Shown: positions 19,280 through 28,745 of the stretch, one piece after another
Layout of the letters: each line of letters begins with the position of its first letter
Numbering within the stretch: the stretch's first letter is position 1
The notes under the pieces: generated by a model
What the model was told of the DNA's origin: nothing
The model's database searches: none
Seen by the model: only the letters and a program-made list of their open reading frames with translations
Source: Candidatus Multivoradales bacterium
Lineage (GTDB): Bacteria; Acidobacteriota; Thermoanaerobaculia; Multivoradales; J023
Assembly: GCA_965248925.1 (NCBI GenBank)
Contig: CBDFLE010000005.1
Span: 736,001 to 800,000, forward strand
Direction: 5' to 3'
Length of the DNA: 64,000 nt
Translations under genes and position numbers: made by a program

Positions 19280-20506
19280 TCAGCCCTGAGGATGCCGCCG
19301 CTGGTAGGTCAGACGCAGGCCGGGGATCCAAGTCTCGCCGCCGTCCGTCGAAGACTCGTGTTCGCAGACAATCTGCTGCTGATCCATTCGCTGGCAGGAT
19401 CGCCGAGCGTGTCGCAGCTGACCGCCAACTTCGGCTGCAGTGCCGCTTTGGAGGTTGTCGAGGCGCAAATAAGGGCCTTGGTGATTGCCCTCAAAGAGTT
19501 CGCTGCGCAAGGTTGAGTCGTTGACCTCGGTGAGCTGATAGCGCTGGCGGAAGCGATCGTAGGTCAGGGTGCGGTACAGCTCGGCCGGCGCCCCGTCGGC
19601 ACCGGAATAGCGCAGGACTTCCCGCACCAAGCCACCACCGGCAGCCAATGTGAATGTGGCTTCGCCGCTGCTCTCGACCCATGTTTCTCGCGGCGCTATC
19701 CAAGACTCGACTTTGACCTGCCATTCACCCTCCAGGGCCTCACCCATGACGCCCATCTGGCCGGGTAGGGGTTTGGCGAAAATGGCCGAGTCTACTTGCT
19801 GCAAGATCTCCACCCGGTCGATTTCCATCACCCTATGGCGAGTGCCGAATTCACTCTCGATCAAATGCGGCAGCACCAGTCCCTGGACGCTGCGAAAATC
19901 GTCGAAGAAAGTGCGCTGCCGTGCCGGCCGGCCGAAATCCGCAGCCGCGGAGTCGCGAGCCACCTCGAGATAGGTGTCGGGGTCGAGATACCAAGTCTCC
20001 TCTTCGCCAGTGGCCCGTTCTAGGTCTAATTGCAACAACCACTGGCCATCGATCTCCGTTCGGCCCGCGAAGCTCAGCTGATGACCCTTGGCGGCATAGT
20101 CCATCAATGGGGTCGACAGCTCGGCGTCTTGCCACAGCACCGCCCGGTCGGCGGCGGCCAGGGGGATCGGCCAGTCGATGTCGTACCAAAGGTTGATCCA
20201 CCAAGCGAGTTCGCCGTCATAACCGATCACCACTCGCTTTGATCCTACGGTGTGGTCGAGGTGGTAGCGACCGTCGCGCATTTGATGGCGGACGAACTCA
20301 TGGCGCTGGCTGAAGCCGGTGAAGAAGCCGCTGCTGCGCAGGCCGGCGACTTGGCGCCAACTCTCCAAGCCGCCGCGAGCGGCAGCGTGTCGGGCAACCA
20401 CCTGGTCAACAGTGAGCGCAGCGTCCGCGGTCGTTTCGGCGGCAATACCACGAGCAGCCGGTAGCAGAAGAATAAGGGCGGCGAGAAGGGAGTAGAGTCG
20501 GTGCAT
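19280..20506 (-). CDS. Secreted protein: LolA-like (outer-membrane lipoprotein-sorting-like) domain plus DUF1579-like domain
   Basis: Signal peptide; VDQVVARHAAARGG..GYDGELAW..WYLDPDTYL; C-terminal LEGEWQV..TYDRFRQRY..DGGETW. Confidence 0.6.
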   Translation of the reverse strand: MHRLYSLLAALILLLPAARGIAAETTADAALTVDQVVARHAAARGGLESWRQVAGLRSSGFFTGFSQRHEFVRHQMRDGRYHLDHTVGSKRVVIGYDGELAWWINLWYDIDWPIPLAAADRAVLWQDAELSTPLMDYAAKGHQLSFAGRTEIDGQWLLQLDLERATGEEETWYLDPDTYLEVARDSAAADFGRPARQRTFFDDFRSVQGLVLPHLIESEFGTRHRVMEIDRVEILQQVDSAIFAKPLPGQMGVMGEALEGEWQVKVESWIAPRETWVESSGEATFTLAAGGGLVREVLRYSGADGAPAELYRTLTYDRFRQRYQLTEVNDSTLRSELFEGNHQGPYLRLDNLQSGTAAEVGGQLRHARRSCQRMDQQQIVCEHESSTDGGETWIPGLRLTYQRRHPQG

Positions 20507-20520
20507 CGTTCATATCTCCT

Positions 20521-21789
20521 TCAGCTGCCCAGCTCGTAGGCGACCATCTCTTGCCCGCTACGCAAGTAAAGGCGGCCCGCGGCCAGGGTCGGCGCGGTCC
20601 ATGCCTTGCCTTCCAATGCCTGCACCCGTCCTAGCTCGCGATAGTCCTCGCTGGTGGTATCGACCACCACCAGAAGGCCGCGATCGCTGAGCACGAACAA
20701 GCGCCCTTCACTGACTATCAGCGAACCCTTGCCAAACCCACGTTTAGCCCACTTCTGTTCGCCGTCGCTGGAGCGGATGCATTTCAGGGTGGCGTTGTCG
20801 AAGCCGTAGATCAGACCACCGTGGGTGACCGAGGAGCTGAAATGGTTCTTCATCACCCGGCTGGCCCAGCGAGACTCGACCACCATACCCGCATCCGTCT
20901 GCCGTAGGCTAAGCAGCACCGCCCCCACATCGCCGGAAGCGGAGAGGAAAAGCCCGTCGGGGGGAACCGCCAGGGGCATCGAGATCGCGCCGCCTTTTTC
21001 CGTCCATGGATGTTCCCAGACTATTTTGCCAACTGTTGGATCGACGGCCACGACCCGGTTGCCACGCGCCAGCACTACCAAATCCTTGCTGCCCTGCCGC
21101 AGGATGATAGGTGAGTTGTAGCTGGCGCCACCGTCGAGCAGAGTGTGTAGCTCTTTGCCCGTCGCTCTGTCGAAGATGCCCAAGGCGAGGTTGTCACCAC
21201 CACCAATTTGCACCACCAGGCGATCACCGATCACCAGTGGCGAGCTGGAGAAACCCCAGAGGGGCACTTCCGCGGCGTAGGCTTGGCGCAGATCCACTTG
21301 CCACAGAACTTCGCCGTCAGCACTGGCGAGGGCGGCCAAGTTGCCATAAGAACCGAGCACAAACACCCGCTGACCGTCGACGGTGGGAGTAGAGCGCGGA
21401 CCGTCGCCAAATTCGTCGACGAAGACTTCGCCCAGCTGCCGCCGCCAGATCTCATTGCCGGAGGAACTATCGATGGCAACCGCAAATTCGTAACGCGCGT
21501 CCTCTTGGCCGTCGCTGATCAAGGTGTAAAGCTGGTTGCCGACCACCGAGAGGCCGGAGAAGCCCGCCCCCAGAGGTCGCCGCCAAAGCTCACGCGGACC
21601 ATTCTCCGGCCAACTCGGCAGCAAACCTCGTTCGCTGGAGAGACCGTTGCGCTCGGGGCCGCGAAACTGCGGCCAATCGGTGCTGGACCGGGCGTTCTCC
21701 AGATCAACCTCGGCAGCCGCCAAAATCGGCGAACACAGCAGCAGGAACAACAGGGCAACGACCGTAAAGCCGCGGGATCGAACAGGCAT
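20521..21789 (-). CDS. PQQ-like beta-propeller repeat protein (BamB-like), secreted
   Basis: DWPQFRGPERNG, GPRSTPTV, SSSPLV, WTAPTLAAGRLYLR; start MPVRSR preceded by GGAGGT and followed by a signal peptide. Confidence 0.88.
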   Translation of the reverse strand: MPVRSRGFTVVALLFLLLCSPILAAAEVDLENARSSTDWPQFRGPERNGLSSERGLLPSWPENGPRELWRRPLGAGFSGLSVVGNQLYTLISDGQEDARYEFAVAIDSSSGNEIWRRQLGEVFVDEFGDGPRSTPTVDGQRVFVLGSYGNLAALASADGEVLWQVDLRQAYAAEVPLWGFSSSPLVIGDRLVVQIGGGDNLALGIFDRATGKELHTLLDGGASYNSPIILRQGSKDLVVLARGNRVVAVDPTVGKIVWEHPWTEKGGAISMPLAVPPDGLFLSASGDVGAVLLSLRQTDAGMVVESRWASRVMKNHFSSSVTHGGLIYGFDNATLKCIRSSDGEQKWAKRGFGKGSLIVSEGRLFVLSDRGLLVVVDTTSEDYRELGRVQALEGKAWTAPTLAAGRLYLRSGQEMVAYELGS

Positions 21790-22058
21790 GGCTACCTCCA
21801 TGGAGTTCAGTAGAGCGAGGCGGGATGAAGAAGTCTTGTTAGCACTGTCTACGCAACGCACGGCTGGGAGTTCGCCAGCGGCAGGATTTCGCGGATCTGT
21901 GGGGGTAAAGGGATCCAGGGTTGACTCCTTTAGTAAATGTGCAGGCTGACGCCGTCTGTCAAGAACTTTGGTTTTGTCGCAGATTGTCCGATGCCCCATC
22001 TTATTTTCCGGGCCGGCCGTGTGGGTTGGCCCGGATCCCCTTTTCGTCTCCCTCCATT

Positions 22059-22397
22059 TCAATCCCGTCGCTGCGGCTTGCGAAGCCGCCCGAAGAGGGT
22101 CCCCAGCCCATCTTCGACCAACTCGGCACCGGTGCGTACAGCGGTGCGGGTGGTATCGCGGATCACTTCGCTCGAGGGTAGAGCGGCCACTGCCTTGACC
22201 ACCCCGGCGCGGACTCCCTCCTCGACTCCTAGGCGGACCCGGCCCTCGATCTCGTCGCCATAGTGTTCGCCCATCTCCTGCAGACGCTGTTCGAGGCGCG
22301 GGCGGAAGCGCTTTTCGAACAACCACCAAGCCAGCAGCAAGGTCAGCAGGCTGGACAGCATCGCGGTCAGCAGAATCTCAATCAGTGCTAGCAACAT
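22059..22397 (-). CDS. Small membrane-anchored hypothetical protein
   Basis: MLLALIEILLTAMLSSLLTLLLAWWLF TM segment then amphipathic helices; 17 bp downstream of the DUF445 gene. Confidence 0.7.
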   Translation of the reverse strand: MLLALIEILLTAMLSSLLTLLLAWWLFEKRFRPRLEQRLQEMGEHYGDEIEGRVRLGVEEGVRAGVVKAVAALPSSEVIRDTTRTAVRTGAELVEDGLGTLFGRLRKPQRRD

Positions 22398-22414
22398 CTC
22401 TTCAGGCCCTCGTC

Positions 22415-23638
22415 TCAGCCGCCACCAAAAACAAGGAAGAGCTGGGCGAAACCCGCCGCACAGCCCAGCACCGCACCCACCAGAATGAGCTTTAACTCCT
22501 CTTCCTGAAAACAAGGCCGCAGCAGATCTTGGAATTCCTCGGTGGGCAGCTCAACCATGCGGGCGCGCAAGATCTCTTCGATCACCGCCGCCCGCTGGTG
22601 ATTGAAGTTCCAATCGTCGAACGGCAGCTCGGAAACTGCCACCGCCTTGTCGCCCACCGCAAGTCGTAACTCCTGCAGGGCTTGGCTGCCCAGCATCAAG
22701 TGGGCCACGGTTTGCAGCTCGGGCAGAGCGCGGTCGACCACCGGTTCGATGCCTTGGCGAATCAGCACTGCGGTGCGCGCGGCGTGAGGGCCGTTGAGCA
22801 TCGCGTCGACCAGGCTGCGCAGGGTCAAGATTTCTCGGGTCACAATGCGGCACCACACTTTGGCCACTTGCGGCTGCCGCTTGAGAAACAAGCCTTGCAG
22901 GCTGAATGGTCCCAGTCGCACCGGATGAAGCGGTCTGAAGATCACATTGATGGCGATCCAGTTGGTCGCCCAACCCACCAACAAGCCAAAGAAGGGCAAG
23001 ATCCACCACTCCGGGTAGAGCACCCAAACCGCCAGTTGCACCAGGCCAAAGAGCAGGCCGAAGTAGAAGCCCGAGCGGATGATGAAGGCGAACTCTCGCT
23101 CGCCGCATTCCAAGAACAAACGGTTGAGAAGCGCCTTATCTTTGTCCAGCCGTTCGACCAGCATGCGCTTAAAGTCGATCAGCTCGTCGATCTGCTCGCC
23201 CACCTCATCGACCAGTCGATCAATCAACGGTGGCATCACCCGCCGCACCTCGGCATAGACCGCTCGCTTGGCCAACTCTGGCAGCTTGCCCCACAGCAGT
23301 GGGTGGTGGCGTTGCAGAATCTCATCAGTGTAGCCATCCAGGCGGGGCAGCAGGGCCTGCTTGACCTGGGCGGCGATCTTTTCCGGCTCGAGGTTCTGGT
23401 AGACCTCCGGCAGCTCGCCGAGGCGTGACATGGTCGAATCGTGGAAGGTGGCCGCCATCTTTGCCGCCTTCGAAGGAATGATCCCTTGCCAACCGAGCAG
23501 CGGCCGCAGGCCGATGAAATCGAGCGGCCAGAAGGTCAGCTTGATCGCCACCCAATTGGTGCCCCAACCCACGACACCCGCCACCAGCGGGATCGAGGCG
23601 TACTTCCACAGCTGTGGATCGAGCAGAGTTTCCAGCAT
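22415..23638 (-). CDS. DUF445 family membrane protein
   Basis: Two copies of GW.TNW.AI..F.P; GWQGIIP; C-terminal LILVGAVLG. Confidence 0.85.
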   Translation of the reverse strand: MLETLLDPQLWKYASIPLVAGVVGWGTNWVAIKLTFWPLDFIGLRPLLGWQGIIPSKAAKMAATFHDSTMSRLGELPEVYQNLEPEKIAAQVKQALLPRLDGYTDEILQRHHPLLWGKLPELAKRAVYAEVRRVMPPLIDRLVDEVGEQIDELIDFKRMLVERLDKDKALLNRLFLECGEREFAFIIRSGFYFGLLFGLVQLAVWVLYPEWWILPFFGLLVGWATNWIAINVIFRPLHPVRLGPFSLQGLFLKRQPQVAKVWCRIVTREILTLRSLVDAMLNGPHAARTAVLIRQGIEPVVDRALPELQTVAHLMLGSQALQELRLAVGDKAVAVSELPFDDWNFNHQRAAVIEEILRARMVELPTEEFQDLLRPCFQEEELKLILVGAVLGCAAGFAQLFLVFGGG

Positions 23639-23784
23639 TGGTGGCAGATTGTGGCGCCTCAGCCGCTATCGCGCAAGCACCGTGGAGCGCGATCGGATAA
23701 CCTGTTAGAGAAAATCACCCTTTAGGTTACCCAGCTGCCCCAGATCAGCGTCGAGGTGCTTATTGACGATGGAGGAAGAGGAGT

Positions 23785-26700
23785 ATGAGTGACACTAAGA
23801 TCAGCGGATCAGGTGATCTTTTGGTCAAGCTGCGGCCTTCCAGCCGGCTCGGCGCGGCCGGTCGCCGCCTCGACCTCGAACCGCTGCACGATTCGCCCGT
23901 GGTCGCCCCTGGTGCGTTCGGCTTCGACGCCGCGCCGCAGTGGTTTCTGCTGCGGCGCTCCGAGGAGGCGGCATCGCCGTGGGATCAGGCCCATGCTCGA
24001 GTGGCCGCGCAACTAGGAATCGACGAGTCCGATGTGCTTTTCGCCGAGCCCGACCTCTATCATGCGGTCTATCCTGAATCTGATGCGGCTCCGGTAGGCG
24101 GAGCACTGGAGGCGGTCGGTGCCGATTGTGTGGCCCAAGCTCAAGACGGTAGGAGGGGTAAGGCTGCCAGGGCCGGCGAGTTTGCTTGGCACCTGGAGCG
24201 CGGATTCTCCCAGCTCGGCAAGGCCCGCGAGGCGGTCCACTTCGACACGCCGCGGACCCGCATCGGCCATCTCGACACCGGCTACTATCCCGCCCATGAG
24301 ACCCGCCCCGCCAACATCTTGCAGCATCTGGAAAGAAACTTCGTCGCTAAGGACGGCAATCTCTCCAACGCCGCCGATCCTGACAACAATCTGCTGTTAC
24401 TCGACAACTCAGGACACGGTACAGGCACCCTCGGAATCTTGGCCGGAGGGCCGGTCTCGGCCCATGGCGGCGAGATTCTCGGTGGTGCTCCTGAAGCGGA
24501 TATCGTTCCTATCCGCATCGCCGACAGCGTGGTCCTGCTGCGCACTAGTGCCTTGGCTCGCGCGGTGCGTTATGCCGCCGATGCCGGCTGTGCGGTGGCC
24601 ACTCTCAGTATGGGCGGGGTGCCCACCCGTGCTTGGGGCGAGGCGGTGGACGCGGCTTATGAGGCGGGCCTCTGTCTGTGCGCCGCCGCCGGCAATCATG
24701 TCGGGTTTGCGCCACCGCGCAAGCTGATCTATCCAGCCCGTTACCCGCGGGTGATCGCGGTCTGTGGGGTGATGGCCAACGGCAAGCCCTACGCCAAGCT
24801 CAAAGGCACCGCGATGGAGGGCAGCCACGGTCCAAAATCAGCCATGGCCTATGCTCTCGCCGCCTATACACCGAATATTCCCTGGGCCAAGTTTGGCTGC
24901 CCCGATGTGGTGCGGTTGAACGGCGAGGGGACTTCTAGCGCCACGCCGCAGGTGGCGGCGGCGGCGGCGCTGTGGATCGAGAAGTACAAACACCAACTGC
25001 CCGGCGATTGGCGCCGGGTCGAAGCGGTTCGCTTCGCCCTCTTCTCGTCGGCCAAGCACCCTTCGAATCTCAAGTACTTCGGTCGCGGGATAGTGCAAGC
25101 GGCGAAGGCGCTGGCGGTCAAGCCACGGCTGCACCTGGAGCGCAGCGGCCGCTCGGACAGCTCCTTTGCCTTCTTGCGGGTGGTGACTGGCCTGGGTATT
25201 GATCAGCCGACTTCGCGCGAGGAGATGTTCAACATCGAACTCGCCCAGCGCTGGCTGATGAACGACGACTTGCAGAAACTGGTACCGGACCCTGAAGCCG
25301 CCGGCGAATTGTCGGCACGGGAGCTGAAATCATTCATGGAGGCAGTGATCGAAGACCCTGACGCTTCCCATGCCTTGCGCCGCCATGTCCTCAGTCGTTA
25401 TCCGGTGGCGATCGGCCGGCCGGCGCCGAAAGCAGCGAGGATCAACCTCGAGCCCGAGCTACCGCCGGTGGGAATCGGCACCCCCAAGGTGCCAGCTCCT
25501 GCGCACCGGCGGCTGCGGGTCTACGCCCTGGATCCCAGCCTCTCGAAGCGTCTCGACACTGTCGACGTTAACGAGGTGACCCTGCGCGTGCGCTGGGAAG
25601 AACTCCGCCGCGGCCCGACTGGCGAGTACCTGCAAGTCAAGGACAAGGGGCCGCACAACTACCCTGGAGTCAATCTCAACGACCGCAGCCTGCTGGCTCA
25701 GGACGGCTGGGCGCCCTCCGAGGGCAATCCCCAGTTCCATCAGCAAATGGTCTATGCCGTGGCGATGAAGACCATCGAGCACTTCGAACGCGCCCTCGGC
25801 CGGCCAGTGCTGTGGCGGCCACGACCGAATCTCGAGAATGCCCACGACGACAGCGAATTCCTCCGTCGTTTGCAGATTCGGCCGCACGCCCTGCAGCAGG
25901 CCAATGCCTACTACAGCCCGCAGGAAGTGGCGCTGCTTTTCGGCTATTTCAAGGCCAAACGAGATAGTGGCTATTTGCCTGGCAGCCCGGTCTACACCTG
26001 CCTTTCCCACGATGTCATCGCCCACGAAACCACCCACGCCATTCTCGATGGCATGTACCGGCGTTTCAATGAGCCCACCAATGTCGATGTCTTGGCTTTT
26101 CATGAGGCCTTTGCCGACATCGTCTCTCTGCTGCAACACTTCACCATGCCCGAGCTACTAGCGCACGAGATTTCCCAAACCCGGGGCGATCTGGAAGCCG
26201 AATCAGTACTCGGTAAACTGGCGGTGCAGTTGGGCCGGGGAGCGGGCGGGCGCGGCGCCTTGCGCAATGCCATCGGTCGGGTCGAGCAGGGTGTGTGGCA
26301 CCGATTCGAGGCCGACCCCGAAGATCTGGCACAACGCCAGACGCCGCACGCCCGCGGCGCCGTGCTGGTGGCCGCCGTCTTCGATGCTTTGATCGCCATC
26401 TACAAGCAGCGCACCGCCGACCTGCTGCGCATCTCCACCGGCGGCACTGGGCTCTTGTCCGGTGGCGCCATTCATCCCGACTTGGTGCGCCGCTTGGCGG
26501 CGGAGGCCGCCAAGTCCGCCAGCCACGTCTTGGCGATGTGCATCCGTGCCCTCGACTACCTGCCACCGGTCGATGTCACCTTCTTTGACTTCCTCCGGGC
26601 GCTGATCACCGCTGATTTCGAGATGGTGGCCGATGATCGCCATAACTATAGGGTAGCTTTTGTCGAGGCTTTCAGCCGCCGGGCGATTTTCCCAGGCGAT

Positions 26701-27336
26701 CACGACGAGCAAGCTCACGAGGGCGCACGGGCCCTGTCAGTCGATACGTTGCGCTGGCAGGGGTTCAGCAAGTTCGCCATTCCCACCAAGGAACGCGGTC
26801 CGGTGATGGAGAAATACCAAGGCATTGTTGAGCAGCTGAAACGCTTTGCCGATGCCTGCCTCTATCTCAGTGATCGCGAAGTGCTCTTCCGCGAGACCCG
26901 GAAGCAGCGGATCATCCTGCACGCGCGCTTGAAGGCGGCCTTCGAGGTAGCTCCTGAGTTTGCCGAGTCCCTGGGTTTGGTTGCCGACCGCGGCTTCGAG
27001 GTCCATGCCCTGCGCCGTGCCATGCGGGTGCGGCTGGATGGTCGTGCGGCGCCACAGGTCTTTGTCTGCCTTACCCAATCGAGGCCGCTGGAGGAGCACC
27101 CGGCAAAGGGTAGGGCTCGGCGCTACTTCCGCGGTGGTTCGACCTTGGTGGTGGATCTCGCCAGGCCAGATGTTCCCAAGTACCGGATCGTCAAGAATAT
27201 CAAGAGCCACCAGCGACGCCGAGCAACAGCAGACTTCATACACACCGTCGAAGCCGACCCGCTGCGCCGGCTGTTCTTCTCGACCGACCGCGACGAGCCC
27301 TTCGCGGCTCTGCACGAACTAGCCGATGAGCATTAG
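23785..27336 (+). CDS. Fusion of S8 subtilase and gluzincin (M4/M36-like) metallopeptidase
   Basis: S8 motifs GHLDTG, GHGTGT, AAAGN, GTSSATP; metallo motifs HETTH and downstream HEAFAD; RBS GAGGAG; no signal peptide. Confidence 0.88.
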   Translation: MSDTKISGSGDLLVKLRPSSRLGAAGRRLDLEPLHDSPVVAPGAFGFDAAPQWFLLRRSEEAASPWDQAHARVAAQLGIDESDVLFAEPDLYHAVYPESDAAPVGGALEAVGADCVAQAQDGRRGKAARAGEFAWHLERGFSQLGKAREAVHFDTPRTRIGHLDTGYYPAHETRPANILQHLERNFVAKDGNLSNAADPDNNLLLLDNSGHGTGTLGILAGGPVSAHGGEILGGAPEADIVPIRIADSVVLLRTSALARAVRYAADAGCAVATLSMGGVPTRAWGEAVDAAYEAGLCLCAAAGNHVGFAPPRKLIYPARYPRVIAVCGVMANGKPYAKLKGTAMEGSHGPKSAMAYALAAYTPNIPWAKFGCPDVVRLNGEGTSSATPQVAAAAALWIEKYKHQLPGDWRRVEAVRFALFSSAKHPSNLKYFGRGIVQAAKALAVKPRLHLERSGRSDSSFAFLRVVTGLGIDQPTSREEMFNIELAQRWLMNDDLQKLVPDPEAAGELSARELKSFMEAVIEDPDASHALRRHVLSRYPVAIGRPAPKAARINLEPELPPVGIGTPKVPAPAHRRLRVYALDPSLSKRLDTVDVNEVTLRVRWEELRRGPTGEYLQVKDKGPHNYPGVNLNDRSLLAQDGWAPSEGNPQFHQQMVYAVAMKTIEHFERALGRPVLWRPRPNLENAHDDSEFLRRLQIRPHALQQANAYYSPQEVALLFGYFKAKRDSGYLPGSPVYTCLSHDVIAHETTHAILDGMYRRFNEPTNVDVLAFHEAFADIVSLLQHFTMPELLAHEISQTRGDLEAESVLGKLAVQLGRGAGGRGALRNAIGRVEQGVWHRFEADPEDLAQRQTPHARGAVLVAAVFDALIAIYKQRTADLLRISTGGTGLLSGGAIHPDLVRRLAAEAAKSASHVLAMCIRALDYLPPVDVTFFDFLRALITADFEMVADDRHNYRVAFVEAFSRRAIFPGDHDEQAHEGARALSVDTLRWQGFSKFAIPTKERGPVMEKYQGIVEQLKRFADACLYLSDREVLFRETRKQRIILHARLKAAFEVAPEFAESLGLVADRGFEVHALRRAMRVRLDGRAAPQVFVCLTQSRPLEEHPAKGRARRYFRGGSTLVVDLARPDVPKYRIVKNIKSHQRRRATADFIHTVEADPLRRLFFSTDRDEPFAALHELADEH

Positions 27337-27568
27337 GTGGAGGCTTTCGACAGTCAACGGACCGAAGAAACTTCGCTTAGAGCCCGCGAAGAAATAACGT
27401 TTGAGTACCGAGGCCGCTCAGGCGCGTCGTTAGCAACGCCGCGAGAGGCGATGCGGGAGTGGCCGAATACCGGAACTGATTCTGTCGCAGGTCCCTAGCG
27501 TAGTTTTTCGGTCCGATGATTGTCGAAGGCCGCGGACTGCAGCGATCAGCGTTGACGCCGCGCCTCAT

Positions 27569-28651
27569 CTAGCGCCGCATCGGTGCGGTTTCGGGCTCAG
27601 TATTGCCGAGGTTTGGTAACGCGTAGACCCGGCCTTGGAAGGTGCCAACGTAGAGGGTTCCTGCTGCCCAGCTGAGGCCTCTGGCGATCCCTTCCACCCG
27701 GGTGCTCCACAGCTCCTTCCCATCTTCGAGGCTCACGGCGAGAACCCGCCCACGCTGATTGCCAAGCAGGGCCATACCGTCACCGACCCACGGTTGGTAG
27801 GCGGTCCATTCGAGTTCTGAGGTGAGTTGCCAGCGCTCGCTCAACGGATCGCCGGTGAGGCAGGCGAGCCGGTGCTGTTGGCCGACGCGGCCGAGGGCTA
27901 GCAGGCAGTCGCCAGCGCTGGTGAGGTTGCCGTAGACGAACTCTGCCCAGCGCCTCTCGCTGCGAATCTCGCCATTGGTGGCATCGAGTAGCAGGATCGT
28001 GCCGTCGAGGGTGCCAACACCGATCTGCCCCGCGAAGGCGACCAACGAGGTGTTCAGAGTCCCGCCGACGGTGCTCTGCCACAGCAATGCGCCAGCGGCA
28101 GGGTCGAGGGCATAGACGGTGGCCGAGTCGCGAAAGAAGAAGCGGCCGCCAGCGAGCACCGGGTCGCCGTTCAAAGCCTCCTTGCCGGTCTCGGTCTGGT
28201 ACTGCCAGACGGTGCGGCCGGTGGCCTGATCAAGGGCGAAGGCGCGGCCCTCGACGGTGGCGCCGAGTACCAGATTGTCGTAGGCCAGCAGGTCGCTGGC
28301 CACATCTCCGAGGCCCGCTTGCCATTGCAGCGCGCCACTGGCGAGGTCGAAGGCGTAGATCAGCCCTTCCGCTGGCCCGTCGATGTCGGTGCCGACGATG
28401 ACCCGCTGGTCAGCGACCAGCAAATCACCGTGAAAGCTGGCCGGCGGTCCGTCGGTGGCGGTGTCATAGCGCCAGCGCAGCTTTCCGGTCTCGACATCGA
28501 GGGCGTCGAGCTTGCCGGAGCAGGAGCCGATCAGCACACTGTCCCCGACGACCGCCGGGGCGATGAACACTCAGCCTCTGGATTCGTGACGCCAGCGTTC
28601 GACGGGCTGGACGGCGGTGGTCAGTAGCAGCAGTAACGGGATCAGATGCAT
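27569..28651 (-). CDS. PQQ-like beta-propeller protein with in-frame TGA at codon 27 (candidate selenoprotein, 360 aa)
   Basis: RBS AGAGGAGGT, ATG at 28651, signal-like MHLIPLLLLLTTA, then ERWRHESRG-TGA-VFIAPAVVGDSVLIGSC in frame with the 333-aa ORF; repeated ALD..TG...W blades. Confidence 0.8.
28543..28560 (-). promoter_or_regulatory. Putative bacterial SECIS element
   Basis: CCCCGGC-GGUC-GUCGGGG 7-bp stem (one G-U pair) starting at nt 11 after the UGA, loop at +18..+21. Confidence 0.7.
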
Positions 28652-28745
28652 GGTACCTCCTCTGTTTACTGGGTACTACGCAAGTGGCGTATAGGATGTT
28701 TGCCGGCGGTGGGCCGGCGACCAGCATCGGGTGGCTGTACCATGC

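Noticed and set aside
21790-22329. N-terminal extension of the 602-aa ORF
   Set aside because: It overlaps the 22059-22397 gene in another frame and is not protein-like; the RBS and signal peptide are at 21789.
27569-28570. GTG at 28570 as the true start of the propeller gene
   Set aside because: It has no clear RBS, would remove the signal peptide and would start mid-blade; the upstream ATG at 28651 has a strong RBS.
28571-28573. Genome-wide TGA reassignment as the explanation for the in-frame TGA
   Set aside because: Conserved genes here (aceE, aceF, lpdA, dnaB, dtd) end at TGA at their expected C-termini, so TGA is a normal stop.
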